Shown here: positions 19,960 to 29,685 of the stretch, in pieces
Position numbering within the stretch: the stretch's first letter is position 1
Layout of the letters: every line of letters starts with the position of its first letter
Assembly (NCBI GenBank): GCA_048498735.1
Contig: JBEHXK010000001.1
Coordinates: 16,332-80,331, forward strand
DNA: 64,000 bases
Source: Pseudomonadota bacterium
GTDB taxonomy: Bacteria > Pseudomonadota > Alphaproteobacteria > Rickettsiales > UBA8987
Direction of reading: 5' to 3'
Program-made: the position numbers and the translations under genes
Notes under the pieces: generated by a model
What the model was told of the DNA's origin: nothing
Databases searched by the model: none
What the model saw: only the letters and a program-made list of their open reading frames with translations

Positions 19960-20772
19960 ATGGAAGAGAAAAAAAATATCCTTGAAGTAAACAATGTTGT
20001 TAACCGCTTTGGTAAGCAGGTGGTTCATGATGGTGTTAATCTGGAAATAAAAAAGGGGGAAATAATAGGTATTGTGGGTGGTTCTGGCTCTGGTAAGTCA
20101 GTTTTACTTAGAACAATTATTGGCTTGCATCATCCTAATGAAGGTGAGGTGAAAATAAAAAATAAACCTATAAACAAAATCAAATCAGAAGAATCGGCAT
20201 CGTTATTCGGGGTTTTATTCCAGCAGGGAGCCCTTTTTTCCTCACAAACGGTTGCGCAAAATATAATGATGCCAATCCGTGAGCATACAAATATTACATT
20301 AAAAAGCCTTAAAATGCTGGCGCAACTTAAGCTTGCAATGGTTGGTCTACCGTCGGAAACTGGTAATAAATATCCGTCTGAATTATCTGGAGGTATGATA
20401 AAGCGTGCGGCTCTTGCCCGTGCTCTTGCTATGGATCCTGAAATATTATTTCTTGATGAGCCGACTGCCGGTCTTGATCCCGTTGCTGCTACGGCTTTTG
20501 ATGAGCTTATAGTTCAGCTTAATAGAAGCCTCGGAGTTACAGTTGTTATGATAACTCATGATCTGGATACCTTGTTTACTATCTGCACGCGAGTGGCGGT
20601 ATTAGTGGATAAAAAGATCACAATTGACACTTTGCCTAACTTATTAAACAGTGATCATAAGTGGATACGTGAATATTTTCACGGTCCTAGAGCAAGAGGT
20701 GCTATAATGGCGGCGGAAACAGCGGGAAAGAATTCAAAAACTGATTATCTGGTAGCTAGCAATGGAAAATGA
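19960..20772 (+). CDS. MlaF-like ABC transporter ATP-binding protein
   Basis: Walker A GGSGSGKS, signature LSGGMIKRAALARAL, Walker B ILFLDEP. Confidence 0.93.
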   Translation: MEEKKNILEVNNVVNRFGKQVVHDGVNLEIKKGEIIGIVGGSGSGKSVLLRTIIGLHHPNEGEVKIKNKPINKIKSEESASLFGVLFQQGALFSSQTVAQNIMMPIREHTNITLKSLKMLAQLKLAMVGLPSETGNKYPSELSGGMIKRAALARALAMDPEILFLDEPTAGLDPVAATAFDELIVQLNRSLGVTVVMITHDLDTLFTICTRVAVLVDKKITIDTLPNLLNSDHKWIREYFHGPRARGAIMAAETAGKNSKTDYLVASNGK

Positions 20773-21565
20773 TAAAAATTATTTCTTTGTGGGCATGTTC
20801 GTAATTATTACGGCGTTCGTTTGTATTTTGTTTGCTGTATGGCTTACATCTGCGGGGAAGGGGGATTTTCTTCGTTATCGTATCCGTTTTGCAGAGTCTG
20901 TAAGCGGGCTTAGTGTTGGTGGTGTTGTGAAATATCGTGGTGTTAATGTTGGTTCTGTTGAATCGATAACAATTGATCCGCATGATACAATGCTCATCAG
21001 CGTTGATATTAATGTTGAGAAGAAAACCCCTATAAAAACAGATACTGTCGCTAGCCTCAAATTTCAGGGCGTAACAGGGGTTGTGTTCATTGAATTAACC
21101 GGTGGTAGTAATGAAGCGCCGTTATTAAAAGGCGCCAAAGGTGAAGATAAAGTTCCTGAAATCAAGGCAAAATCTAGCCCACTTAATGAAATTGTTGATC
21201 GCGTGCCGGAAATATTAGATCGTATCTCTCACGGTATAGAGCAGATAAATAAAATAATGAGCGATGAAAATGTTGCTACGTTTAATGCAACCATCACCAA
21301 GCTTTCTGCCGAGGTTGATCAACTTCAGCCGATGATAGAAAATGGCAGTAAAGTTGCGCAAAACTTAAATGAAATAACAACAAGTTCTAAAGGAAGCATT
21401 AAAGATACGATTGAAAATATAAACCGTTCTTCTCAGCAGTTAGATGCCCTTATGCGTGACTTGAGCAAAACAACAAGGCATATAAGCAATCTTACGCAAA
21501 ACCTTGATGAAGATCCTTCGAGGCTTATATTCCCGGCTAAGGAAAAAGGAGTGCCTACACCATGA
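20762..21565 (+). CDS. MCE/MlaD-family substrate-binding protein
   Basis: N-terminal TM anchor, MCE domain (VSGLSVGGVVKYRGVNVGSVESI), helical C-terminus. Confidence 0.88.
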   Translation: MENDKNYFFVGMFVIITAFVCILFAVWLTSAGKGDFLRYRIRFAESVSGLSVGGVVKYRGVNVGSVESITIDPHDTMLISVDINVEKKTPIKTDTVASLKFQGVTGVVFIELTGGSNEAPLLKGAKGEDKVPEIKAKSSPLNEIVDRVPEILDRISHGIEQINKIMSDENVATFNATITKLSAEVDQLQPMIENGSKVAQNLNEITTSSKGSIKDTIENINRSSQQLDALMRDLSKTTRHISNLTQNLDEDPSRLIFPAKEKGVPTP

Positions 21566-22170
21566 GGAATTTTAAATTTTTACCTGTTTTTGTAGCATTA
21601 TTAGCGGTTACTTCGTGCTTGCCGAAAAGTGTAGAAAATACTGTTTATACAATCCGTACTGAAGGAAGCGATGAAGCTTCTAAAACATGTAAAAATCAAA
21701 CTGACATCCAGGTGACAAACCCAAGTAATGATCCCGGTCTTGATACAAGGCGCATCGCCGTTCTTCAGGATGGTCAGCAGATAAATTATTATAATGGAGT
21801 TAGATGGGCAGCTCCAGTTGCTGATATGGTGCAAGGTCTTCTGGTAGGCAAGTTAGAAAAATCTGGTGGTTTTTCTAGCGTAAGCACTGATGAAGATCCG
21901 GCAAATGCAAATTTATTTTTGGTTTCTGATATTCGTGATTTTTATGTGGAGCAGGGGAGTAATAAGGTTCATGTGAATATAGTCGCAAAATTAATCAATG
22001 CTGCAAGTCGCGATGTGATTGCGACAATTCCTGTAAGCAAGGTTTATGCGCCTAAAGCAAATAATATGGAAGGTATAGTAAAAACCTTTAATTCCGCTGC
22101 AAATGATGCCGTTTCAGACATTGTTGCAAAAGCAGCAAAAATCCAATGTAACGCATCCAGACCAGAATAA
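21562..22170 (+). CDS. ABC-type transport auxiliary lipoprotein (DUF330-like)
   Basis: Signal peptide with lipobox VTSC; RIAVLQDG..INYYNGVRWAAPVADMVQGLL; ATGA overlap with the MCE gene. Confidence 0.75.
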   Translation: MRNFKFLPVFVALLAVTSCLPKSVENTVYTIRTEGSDEASKTCKNQTDIQVTNPSNDPGLDTRRIAVLQDGQQINYYNGVRWAAPVADMVQGLLVGKLEKSGGFSSVSTDEDPANANLFLVSDIRDFYVEQGSNKVHVNIVAKLINAASRDVIATIPVSKVYAPKANNMEGIVKTFNSAANDAVSDIVAKAAKIQCNASRPE

Positions 22171-22907
22171 TGATGCAAACAGTTAAAGAGCCGGTATATG
22201 TGCTTGCACTTGGTGGAACAATTGATTCCGTAGAACGCACATGGCCTATGCCTAAAGAAAAGAGACTTGTAAAAATGCTTGATGAAAGTCTTGTGGGAAA
22301 ATTCGTTAAAAAGCTTGGTCAAAATCTTGAGATGCACGGTTATAAAAATGTTTCTGATATAGTTTTTGAGCAAAATGAAAAATTTGCTGATAGCTCACTG
22401 TTCGATGATACAGATATAGAAAAGGTTGCAAATAAAATAAGAAATAAGGGAATTAAAAATGTTATAGTCACATTCGGCACTGACTTTATGCCTGATCTGG
22501 CTGAGAAGCTAAATAAGCTACTTAAAGAAGATGGATTTACAATTCAGGTAACGGGTGCAATGACGCCGTTGGCAAATGGCGTTCAGCGTAATGATGAATG
22601 GGATATAACCGATGGTTTTGAAAATATAGAATATGCCTTGCAGAATTTTGAAAAACATAAGCTCAAACCAGGAACATATCTATCTTTCCATCACGAAACC
22701 TTTTCGGCGGGATATGTTAAAAAAGATTTTGAGCAGGGGGTGTTTTTAAAGAAAGGTGATTTCTATAAAAAATATACTCATGAAGCACAAGGTATCAAAG
22801 CAGTTAGGAATAAAATCAGACCATCAATAGAATATTCCGGCAAAAAAACTTACCTTGAGAGATTAACTTCTTTTGTCAAACACAGCTTTGATAACAAAGA
22901 AAGATAG
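22170..22907 (+). CDS. asparaginase/glutaminase family protein, N-terminal catalytic domain only
   Basis: VLALGGTIDS (Thr nucleophile box), TFGTDFM (HGTDT box), VTGAMTPL; 245 aa versus about 330 for full enzymes; start shares one base with the upstream TAA. Confidence 0.65.
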   Translation: MMQTVKEPVYVLALGGTIDSVERTWPMPKEKRLVKMLDESLVGKFVKKLGQNLEMHGYKNVSDIVFEQNEKFADSSLFDDTDIEKVANKIRNKGIKNVIVTFGTDFMPDLAEKLNKLLKEDGFTIQVTGAMTPLANGVQRNDEWDITDGFENIEYALQNFEKHKLKPGTYLSFHHETFSAGYVKKDFEQGVFLKKGDFYKKYTHEAQGIKAVRNKIRPSIEYSGKKTYLERLTSFVKHSFDNKER

Positions 22908-22910
22908 TTA

Positions 22911-23465
22911 TTAGCTGGCTTTCTTTTCTTCAGAAGATGCTTTTTGAGGAAGGGTGGCAATAATTGCTTCAAGAGCAGTTTGTGTACATAGACCTAACAG
23001 AACCGGATCGCGCGGGCGAAGGTTACCCATATTCCAGTGGGTTTTACCTCTGATATCCTGGATGGTTTTCTTGGTTGTACCTATAAGCTTAGAAATCTGG
23101 CCGTCAGACATATTAGGATAATGCTTTATCAGCCATGCAACCGCATCCGGCTTATCCTGCCTGCGTGCAACCGGTGTATATTTTGCTTTTTTACGCTTTT
23201 TCTCGACCGTGATATAGTCCAAATAAGTGCTTATGAAGGTAAGTTTCTTTTTTGGGTCCTTTTCAGCTGTTGCTATGGATTCGCGAGTGGTAAATCCTTT
23301 ATTTACAGGGTCTTGGCCGGTAATTCCTTGCGCCACATCCCCATCAGCAATGCCTTGAACTTCCAGAGGGTGCAGGCCACAGAAATCTGCAATCTGTTCA
23401 AATGTAAGCTGGGTATTTTCGATCAGCCATACTGCTGTTGCCTTAGGCATTAGAGGTTGGGTCAT
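22911..23465 (-). CDS. DUF1013 domain protein (TrcR-like cell-cycle regulator family)
   Basis: MPKATAVWLIENT.LTFEQIADFCGLHPLEVQGIADG, typical alphaproteobacterial DUF1013. Confidence 0.8.
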   Translation of the reverse strand: MTQPLMPKATAVWLIENTQLTFEQIADFCGLHPLEVQGIADGDVAQGITGQDPVNKGFTTRESIATAEKDPKKKLTFISTYLDYITVEKKRKKAKYTPVARRQDKPDAVAWLIKHYPNMSDGQISKLIGTTKKTIQDIRGKTHWNMGNLRPRDPVLLGLCTQTALEAIIATLPQKASSEEKKAS

Positions 23466-23540
23466 TATAATAACTCCGTAATTTAAAATTTTGAGGGCCT
23501 TTATTAATGCCTTTAGAGGCTGCAGTCAAGATAAAAGCGC

Positions 23541-23568
23541 TTGACATTAGCCTGAATATGGATATTTT
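23541..23568 (+). promoter_or_regulatory. candidate sigma70-type promoter for rpsD
   Basis: TTGACA (23541-23546), 16-nt spacer, TATTTT (23563-23568); leaves a leader of about 105 nt. Confidence 0.35.
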
Positions 23569-23680
23569 CCGCTCTCTCTTGCCACTTTGGTGGATGCCTA
23601 CGATAAGCATTGGGTTTTAGACGACCTAACTAAGTCTTTGACGGGGTATGAGGTTTAACAATCAAAAGAGGACTAAAAAC

Positions 23681-24301
23681 ATGTCTAAACGCGATAGTAA
23701 AAAGCATAAAATATCCCGCCGTTATGGTATTAACATCTGGGGCAGGGATAACGACCCATCTGAAAAAAGAAATTTTATTCCTGGTCAACACGGCCCTGCA
23801 ATTGGTAAACGTGTAGTATCTGATTTTGGTAAACAGCTTGCTGCAAAACAGATTCTTAAAGGCCATTATGGTAATATCGGTGAAAAGCAGTTCCGCAATA
23901 TATATAAAGAAGCGATCCGCAGAAAAGGCGATACAGGTGAACACCTTGTAGCTCTACTTGAAAGCCGTCTTGATACAGTTGTATACCGTATGAATCTTGT
24001 TCCTACAGTATTTTCTGCTCGTCAGTTCATTAACCACAAACACGTAACTGTTAACGGCAAAACTGTTAATATCGGTTCATATGTTTTGAGAGAAGGTGAT
24101 GTGGTTGAAGTGAAAGAAGCTTCTAAACAAATCCCTATGGTTGTTGAAGCGACTGAAACTCCTGCCCGCAACATTCCTGATTATCTGGAAGTTGATTTGA
24201 AAGCTCGTAAAGGTACTTTCAAACGCGCTCCTCAAATGAGCGAAGTTCCATACCCATTTAAAGCGGAAGTTCACCTAGTGGTGGAATTCTACTCAAGGTA
24301 A
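23681..24301 (+). CDS. rpsD: 30S ribosomal protein S4
   Basis: [15 protein letters not shown]4 RNA-binding domain ([14 protein letters not shown]...[15 protein letters not shown]); ATG 23681. Confidence 0.96.
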   Translation: MSKRDSKKHKISRRYGINIWGRDNDPSEKRNFIPGQHGPAIGKRVVSDFGKQLAAKQILKGHYGNIGEKQFRNIYKEAIRRKGDTGEHLVALLESRLDTVVYRMNLVPTVFSARQFINHKHVTVNGKTVNIGSYVLREGDVVEVKEASKQIPMVVEATETPARNIPDYLEVDLKARKGTFKRAPQMSEVPYPFKAEVHLVVEFYSR

Positions 24302-24327
24302 TAATTGAGCTGCAAACTCTACTAAGG

Positions 24328-24356
24328 AAAACCGGCATTTATTGCCGGTTTTTTTA
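24328..24356. terminator. bidirectional rho-independent terminator
   Basis: AAAACCGGCATTTATTGCCGGTTTTTTT between convergent rpsD and the HExxH ORF. Confidence 0.8.
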
Positions 24357-25214
24357 TTCCAGAACAGCTTTTGCTGCCGCTAAAGATAAAGGTTCAATTG
24401 ATGTTGCAATATGATCTTTTATATCAGTCAGTGGCTTAGCTTTTTCTCCATTAAGGCCACTGATTATTCTATTACTGGAATTTGTGAATATATCCAGGCT
24501 ATTTAAAAGACGTTCCATCGCTTCAGCTTCATAATTGCTGTAAATTTTAGCAATGATTTTATTTGAAATAGTAAGCGTATCAGTAAATTTTTGTTCCATA
24601 AAGCGAGAGTGAAGCTCTATGGGTTGTTCTAAATATCTAACTGCATTTTCACTTGGCTGAATATAATATGCTTTGGATTGCAATTGTATGATCCTTCTGT
24701 CTTCCAGACTTACATGATCGTGATTGTCAAAATCCATTTTGTCTTGGCGGCAGTGTGTCCACTCGTGAACAACAGTAGATAATAACGGTATGGGATTGAA
24801 TTTGCTTAGATCATTTGGAAGCTCGTATGAATTATTTATACGATTATATGACGCACATAATAATTCATCGTCTTCTAAATTAAATGAAACTTTTGCCCTA
24901 TTCTCAGGTTTCAAATAACCGTTTAATTTGCTGACCACACTTCGAGCAAAACTTTTTCTATCCTCATTATTATAAGAGTCCCATTCTATACAAGTTCTAA
25001 CGATAGCCCTGTCGTTTGCAAAATTTATCGCGACTTTTTCCGCAAATAGCGCTTCGGCTTCTAAGAATTTTTTACTTAGCTTACTTCCAGCGATTTTATC
25101 TTTTGAGATTAGTGGTTCGGTGATAGGAGCAGCCTTCAATATTTTGCCATTGTCCGTCACTGGAGCAAACGAACTTTTTATATCTAGAAAATTATTTATT
25201 TTCTCATCAACCAT
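24354..25214 (-). CDS. hypothetical protein with HExxH zincin-like motif
   Basis: LSTVVHEWTHCRQD (HExxHxxQ) with downstream YLEQPIELHS; no signal peptide. Confidence 0.5.
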   Translation of the reverse strand: MVDEKINNFLDIKSSFAPVTDNGKILKAAPITEPLISKDKIAGSKLSKKFLEAEALFAEKVAINFANDRAIVRTCIEWDSYNNEDRKSFARSVVSKLNGYLKPENRAKVSFNLEDDELLCASYNRINNSYELPNDLSKFNPIPLLSTVVHEWTHCRQDKMDFDNHDHVSLEDRRIIQLQSKAYYIQPSENAVRYLEQPIELHSRFMEQKFTDTLTISNKIIAKIYSNYEAEAMERLLNSLDIFTNSSNRIISGLNGEKAKPLTDIKDHIATSIEPLSLAAAKAVLE

Positions 25215-25276
25215 AGTATAAGGATTATAACATATTTTGGTTAATTATCAGTTAACAGATAACTTATTGTTTTATC

Positions 25277-26272
25277 ATGCAAAGGTTCCCTTCAACAAGA
25301 CTTCGTCGTAATCGTCAGGCTCCGTGGATCAGAGACTTGGTGAGGGAAAATAGTGTTTCGGTCAATGATCTAGTATACCCACTTTTCCTTTTGCCTGAAA
25401 AGTCTGCAAAGCAGGCTATAAAAACTATGCCAGGCATATACCGTTATGGTGAAAAGGAATTATTGCAGGAAATTTCAGCAGCTAAAAAGCTTGGTATAAA
25501 TGCATTTGCAATTTTTCCGGTGGTGCCGGATACAAAAAAAGATGAAAAAGGCAGTTATGCGTTGGATAAAAATAATTTTCTTCTAAAAACCATATCTGTA
25601 ATAAAAGATAAAATCTCTGACATAGGAATAATTACCGATGTGGCGCTTGATCCATATACCTCACATGGGCATGACGGAGTGCTTAACAAGAAAGGCTATG
25701 TAGATAATGATGACACCAATGAACTTCTGGCGGTGCAGGCATTGCTGTTAGCAAAAGCAGGTGCGGATTACGTTGCCCCTTCGGATATGATGGATGGGCG
25801 TATAGGTGTTATACGGGAAGCTCTTGATCAGGATAATTTTATTAATACCGGCATAATTTCGTATGCAGTGAAATATGCTTCGGGTTTATATTCACCTTTT
25901 CGTGATGCAGTCGGTTCTGGTAAAAAACTTGGTGTTAAAGATAAAAAAACATATCAGATGGATTTTGGCAGCGTTAATGAAGCAGTTATTGAAGCGCAGA
26001 TGGATGCTGATGAGGGCGCTGATATTTTAATGGTGAAGCCAGGGATGCTTTATCTTGATGTTGTTGCTGCGGTGAAAAATGCAACTAAGTTGCCGGTTTT
26101 CGCTTATCAGGTAAGTGCAGAATATTCTATGATGAAACAAGCTTCACTTTCAGGTATGATAAATTTCGATAATGTGATAATGGAAACAATGTCATGTTTT
26201 AAACGCGCAGGATCATCTGCAGTTTTTACATATGCGGCCAAGGAAATAGCTCAGATTTTGAATGAAAAATAG
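25277..26272 (+). CDS. hemB: porphobilinogen synthase (delta-aminolevulinate dehydratase), Asp-rich (non-zinc) type
   Basis: DVALDPYTSHGHDG, SDMMDGR, active-site MVKPG. Confidence 0.95.
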   Translation: MQRFPSTRLRRNRQAPWIRDLVRENSVSVNDLVYPLFLLPEKSAKQAIKTMPGIYRYGEKELLQEISAAKKLGINAFAIFPVVPDTKKDEKGSYALDKNNFLLKTISVIKDKISDIGIITDVALDPYTSHGHDGVLNKKGYVDNDDTNELLAVQALLLAKAGADYVAPSDMMDGRIGVIREALDQDNFINTGIISYAVKYASGLYSPFRDAVGSGKKLGVKDKKTYQMDFGSVNEAVIEAQMDADEGADILMVKPGMLYLDVVAAVKNATKLPVFAYQVSAEYSMMKQASLSGMINFDNVIMETMSCFKRAGSSAVFTYAAKEIAQILNEK

Positions 26273-27527
26273 CCTGTTAAAAATATTTTTGTTTTTTCTT
26301 TTGATTCCAATTTCGGCAAGGGCGGCCGACTCAGGTGAAATATATACCGACCCTCTATTTTTAAATGATGTCATCTACTATACCCCAATCCCATCACGTG
26401 ATATAGATGCAGAAAAAACCCGTGCACTGGCTGAGAAAGATGCCAAGACAATGTATGTTTTGGGCATGATGTATAAAGATGGTCGTAACGTTGATACAGA
26501 TTATGTTCAATCACTTGATTGGTTTAAGAAGGCGGCCGAGATAGGTAGTAGTGATGCCATGGTTGAGGTCGCAAAGATATATTGCCTTGATCAGGAATAT
26601 ACGGGTGTAGAGAAAAATGCAGATCTGGCAAAAAAGTGGATAGAGGAGGCAGTTAGCAGGAATAACCCCAAGGCGCTATATACTACTGGCCTGATGTATG
26701 AAGAGGGTTTTCCGTACGATAAGTCTTATGAGGAAGCATTCAGATACTACAAACTTGCTGCTAATAAAGGTGTGCTCAATGCCTATGTTAAGCTTTATAT
26801 AGCCTATCAATACGCTAAGGGAACAGATTTTGATCTGAAGAAAGCGATCTATTGGTTACGCCGCATTCAAACAGAAGCGCCTGATGGTAAAGTAAAAGAC
26901 TATGCAAAGGAAATGCTTAGTGACATATATTTTGAGCTAGGTCTGAAAGAGCAGGATCCGGCTCTGAAATTTAAACTATTTAATTTGGCTTGGTCAAATG
27001 GCAATCGTTATGCAATTGAAGCAATAGGCGATATGTTCCAAGCTGGCGTGGGCGTTAAACAAAGTTATTCAAGTGCTGTTGTGGCCTATGAAACTGCAGC
27101 GAAGGATTACGAAAGTGTATACGCGCTTGAACGCCTTGGATTTATCTATCTTAAAGGTCCTGGTGATATAGATAGGGATTTTAATAAAGCCTTTAATTAT
27201 TTTAAAAAGGGCGCAGATCTTGGTGGTGTAAACGCTGCCTACATGCTGGGGTATATGTATTTCTACGGTCTTGGTACTGATAAAAATGCTGATCAGGCAA
27301 ATACATGGTTTGCCCGCTCACAACAATTGGCTCAGAAAAAACAGTCAACAGAGAGCACAACAGTCGCTAACCTGAAGCAATCCACGGCTGCTATTAAGAA
27401 TATCATATCGAGTGTAAATGAGAAAGAAAGGGCACGGCAGAAAGCATCCCAGGAAAAAATGGATAGTAATAAGATAAATCAGGGCGGAAGTGAGTATCCT
27501 CCTGTTCCAGATGTTTCCAAATTTTAA
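26262..27527 (+). CDS. Sel1-repeat (SLR/TPR-like) secreted protein
   Basis: Signal peptide; repeated A..WF.KAA..G...A...LG.MY..G units. Confidence 0.85.
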   Translation: MKNSLLKIFLFFLLIPISARAADSGEIYTDPLFLNDVIYYTPIPSRDIDAEKTRALAEKDAKTMYVLGMMYKDGRNVDTDYVQSLDWFKKAAEIGSSDAMVEVAKIYCLDQEYTGVEKNADLAKKWIEEAVSRNNPKALYTTGLMYEEGFPYDKSYEEAFRYYKLAANKGVLNAYVKLYIAYQYAKGTDFDLKKAIYWLRRIQTEAPDGKVKDYAKEMLSDIYFELGLKEQDPALKFKLFNLAWSNGNRYAIEAIGDMFQAGVGVKQSYSSAVVAYETAAKDYESVYALERLGFIYLKGPGDIDRDFNKAFNYFKKGADLGGVNAAYMLGYMYFYGLGTDKNADQANTWFARSQQLAQKKQSTESTTVANLKQSTAAIKNIISSVNEKERARQKASQEKMDSNKINQGGSEYPPVPDVSKF

Positions 27528-27532
27528 GTTAT

Positions 27533-28129
27533 ATGCCTAGTTTTGAATATGAAGATAAATACTCAGGCCTGATAGCGGGGGTGGATGAGGTGGGTGTTGG
27601 TCCATGGGCTGGCCCCGTAGTCGCTGCTGCAGTTATTTTAGATCGCAATTCTTTCCCAAAAGATATTAATGATTCAAAAAAACTTTCTCCGCAAAAGCGT
27701 GAAGATTTATACAATATTCTTATAAACTCATGTGATTATGCAATTGGTGTTGTTGAAGAGGCAATCATTGATGAAATTAATATATTGAACGCCGCTAAAT
27801 TGGCTATGCAGAAGGCGGTTTTTAGCCTTATAAAAAAGCCTAATATATTATTGGTAGATGGTAATGGTAAAATGAAAATTGAGGGTATGACCATAGAATC
27901 CATAATTAAAGGCGATTCGAAATCATATTCTATAGCCGCCGCTTCAATAATTGCCAAAGTTACACGGGATAAAATAATGGCTGACCTGCATAATGAATTT
28001 CCTTATTATGGCTGGCATACTAACTCTGGCTATGGAACAAAAGCTCATCAGGATGGCCTTAAAAACCACGGAATATGCAAATATCATCGCAAGAGTTATG
28101 CGCCGATAAAGGTTTATATCAATGGCTAA
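27533..28129 (+). CDS. rnhB: ribonuclease HII
   Basis: GVDEVGVGPWAGPVVAAAV, DSKKLS, VDGN. Confidence 0.94.
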   Translation: MPSFEYEDKYSGLIAGVDEVGVGPWAGPVVAAAVILDRNSFPKDINDSKKLSPQKREDLYNILINSCDYAIGVVEEAIIDEINILNAAKLAMQKAVFSLIKKPNILLVDGNGKMKIEGMTIESIIKGDSKSYSIAAASIIAKVTRDKIMADLHNEFPYYGWHTNSGYGTKAHQDGLKNHGICKYHRKSYAPIKVYING

Positions 28130-28463
28130 GCGTGAGGAGTGGATAAATAATAAAAGAAGTAATTACCATAATCAGCTTGGTGATGTGGTGGATTCAATTA
28201 TCCGTCCGGTCTTGCCTAAATTTTCTAAGATAGAAGCTGATCTATTACTTAACTGGCACAAGATATTTGATTCTAAAATTGCTGATAAGATAAAATTCGA
28301 AAAACTTTCTTTTACCGATAAAAAAAACAATCGCTTTATACTTCATATAAAGGTTTTACCTAAAGATTTGCTGGAAATTACCCATTCGGTTCAGATAATT
28401 CAAGAGCAACTCAACCTGTATCTTGGTTATAATGGTGTTGAAAAGGTAAGGGTGCATAAATAA
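28122..28463 (+). CDS. DUF721 (DciA-like) protein
   Basis: About 110 aa with the DUF721 pattern (LLNWHKIFDSKIA ... ILHIKV ... LEITHSVQIIQEQLN). Confidence 0.55.
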   Translation: MAKREEWINNKRSNYHNQLGDVVDSIIRPVLPKFSKIEADLLLNWHKIFDSKIADKIKFEKLSFTDKKNNRFILHIKVLPKDLLEITHSVQIIQEQLNLYLGYNGVEKVRVHK

Positions 28464-28536
28464 TAACAGGTCCATTATTAAGTTGTAACCTGTAAAGCTT
28501 TTATTATATTACAGACAAATATTTGGAGATATTTAT

Positions 28537-29364
28537 ATGAAATTCCTTAAATACGTTTTGCTTTCTGCACTTTTTGTTCCCGCTATTTCCCTGGCAAATG
28601 ATTCAACTTCAGTAAAAAATACCAGTGCTAAAGATGCTGCAAAAAGCGAAGTGGCTTCCTATGATGACTACATAAAGCAGATCACTGATTTTGAAAAATC
28701 AGATAAATATAAACCTGAAATGCTTACCGAGGAATTGCCTTTTGATATGGATCTTGGCAAACCTGAAGCGCCGGTTAAAATTGTTGAATACGCTTCTCTG
28801 GGATGCATTCACTGTAAGCAATTTCACCAGGATGTATTTTATAAGCTGAAAAAGAATTACATAGATACTGGTAAAGTATATTTCAAATTCCGTAACTATC
28901 CTTTGAATGCACCGGCGCTGAAAGCTGCGCTGATAAAAGAATGTTTAGAGCCTAAAGATAGACTCGCATTCACTGCCGCTCTTTTCGAAGCTCAAGCTGA
29001 GTGGGCATATAGCAAGTCTGAAGCTGATCTTAAAGATAAGCTAAAAACCATTTCCAAAATTGAAGGTATGACAACTGAAGATTTTGAAAAATGCTATAAT
29101 AACGAAGATACTCAAAATAAGATCCTTGATCTTATGAAACAGGCATATGACAAGCTTATGGTTAATTCAACGCCTTCAATATTCGTTAATGGAAAACGTT
29201 ACCTTGAATCACGTGAGTATGAAGGTATGGCAAAATATATTGATGAAACCATAGCCGGTAAAAAGCCAGAAGAGGCAGCGGCTGCAGCTAAAGCGGCAAG
29301 TGGAGAATCTGATCCATCAAAAACTGCAGTAACACCTTCAGCCCCTGCACCTCAAGGTAAGTAA
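28537..29364 (+). CDS. DsbA-family periplasmic thiol:disulfide oxidoreductase
   Basis: Signal peptide, thioredoxin fold with CIHC active site, TPSIFVNGK. Confidence 0.85.
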   Translation: MKFLKYVLLSALFVPAISLANDSTSVKNTSAKDAAKSEVASYDDYIKQITDFEKSDKYKPEMLTEELPFDMDLGKPEAPVKIVEYASLGCIHCKQFHQDVFYKLKKNYIDTGKVYFKFRNYPLNAPALKAALIKECLEPKDRLAFTAALFEAQAEWAYSKSEADLKDKLKTISKIEGMTTEDFEKCYNNEDTQNKILDLMKQAYDKLMVNSTPSIFVNGKRYLESREYEGMAKYIDETIAGKKPEEAAAAAKAASGESDPSKTAVTPSAPAPQGK

Positions 29365-29367
29365 CAA

Positions 29368-29664
29368 ATGGCTGAAAACAACTTTGATGAAGATTCCAAA
29401 AAACTTCAGCAAGGCCTTTCAAGCTTGAAGAATAATTCGAACTTGCGAGATGTGAATAAAGATAGGGTTGCCGGGGAAAGGGTTTTCTCTGAAATCGTTG
29501 GCGGGCTTATCTTTGGAATATTAGTAGGTTGGCTTATTGATAGCTATTTTCACACGCGCCCGATTTTTTTGATCATTTTTGTGTTTTTAGGACTTGCAGC
29601 TTCTGTTTATAATATCTATAAGGCGACTAAATCCGAAGATGAAGGTTCGGAAGATATAAAATAA
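29368..29664 (+). CDS. atpI: ATP synthase protein I (AtpI/AtpZ family)
   Basis: Small 2-TM protein immediately upstream of atpB. Confidence 0.7.
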   Translation: MAENNFDEDSKKLQQGLSSLKNNSNLRDVNKDRVAGERVFSEIVGGLIFGILVGWLIDSYFHTRPIFLIIFVFLGLAASVYNIYKATKSEDEGSEDIK

Positions 29665-29685
29665 TAAATCCCTAAGGTTTTAAAA

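Noticed and set aside
23569-23680. Possible ncRNA or S4 autoregulatory leader upstream of rpsD
   Set aside because: The leader is long (about 105 nt from the candidate promoter), but I could not identify a convincing conserved structure or pseudoknot by eye. It is left as an unannotated leader.
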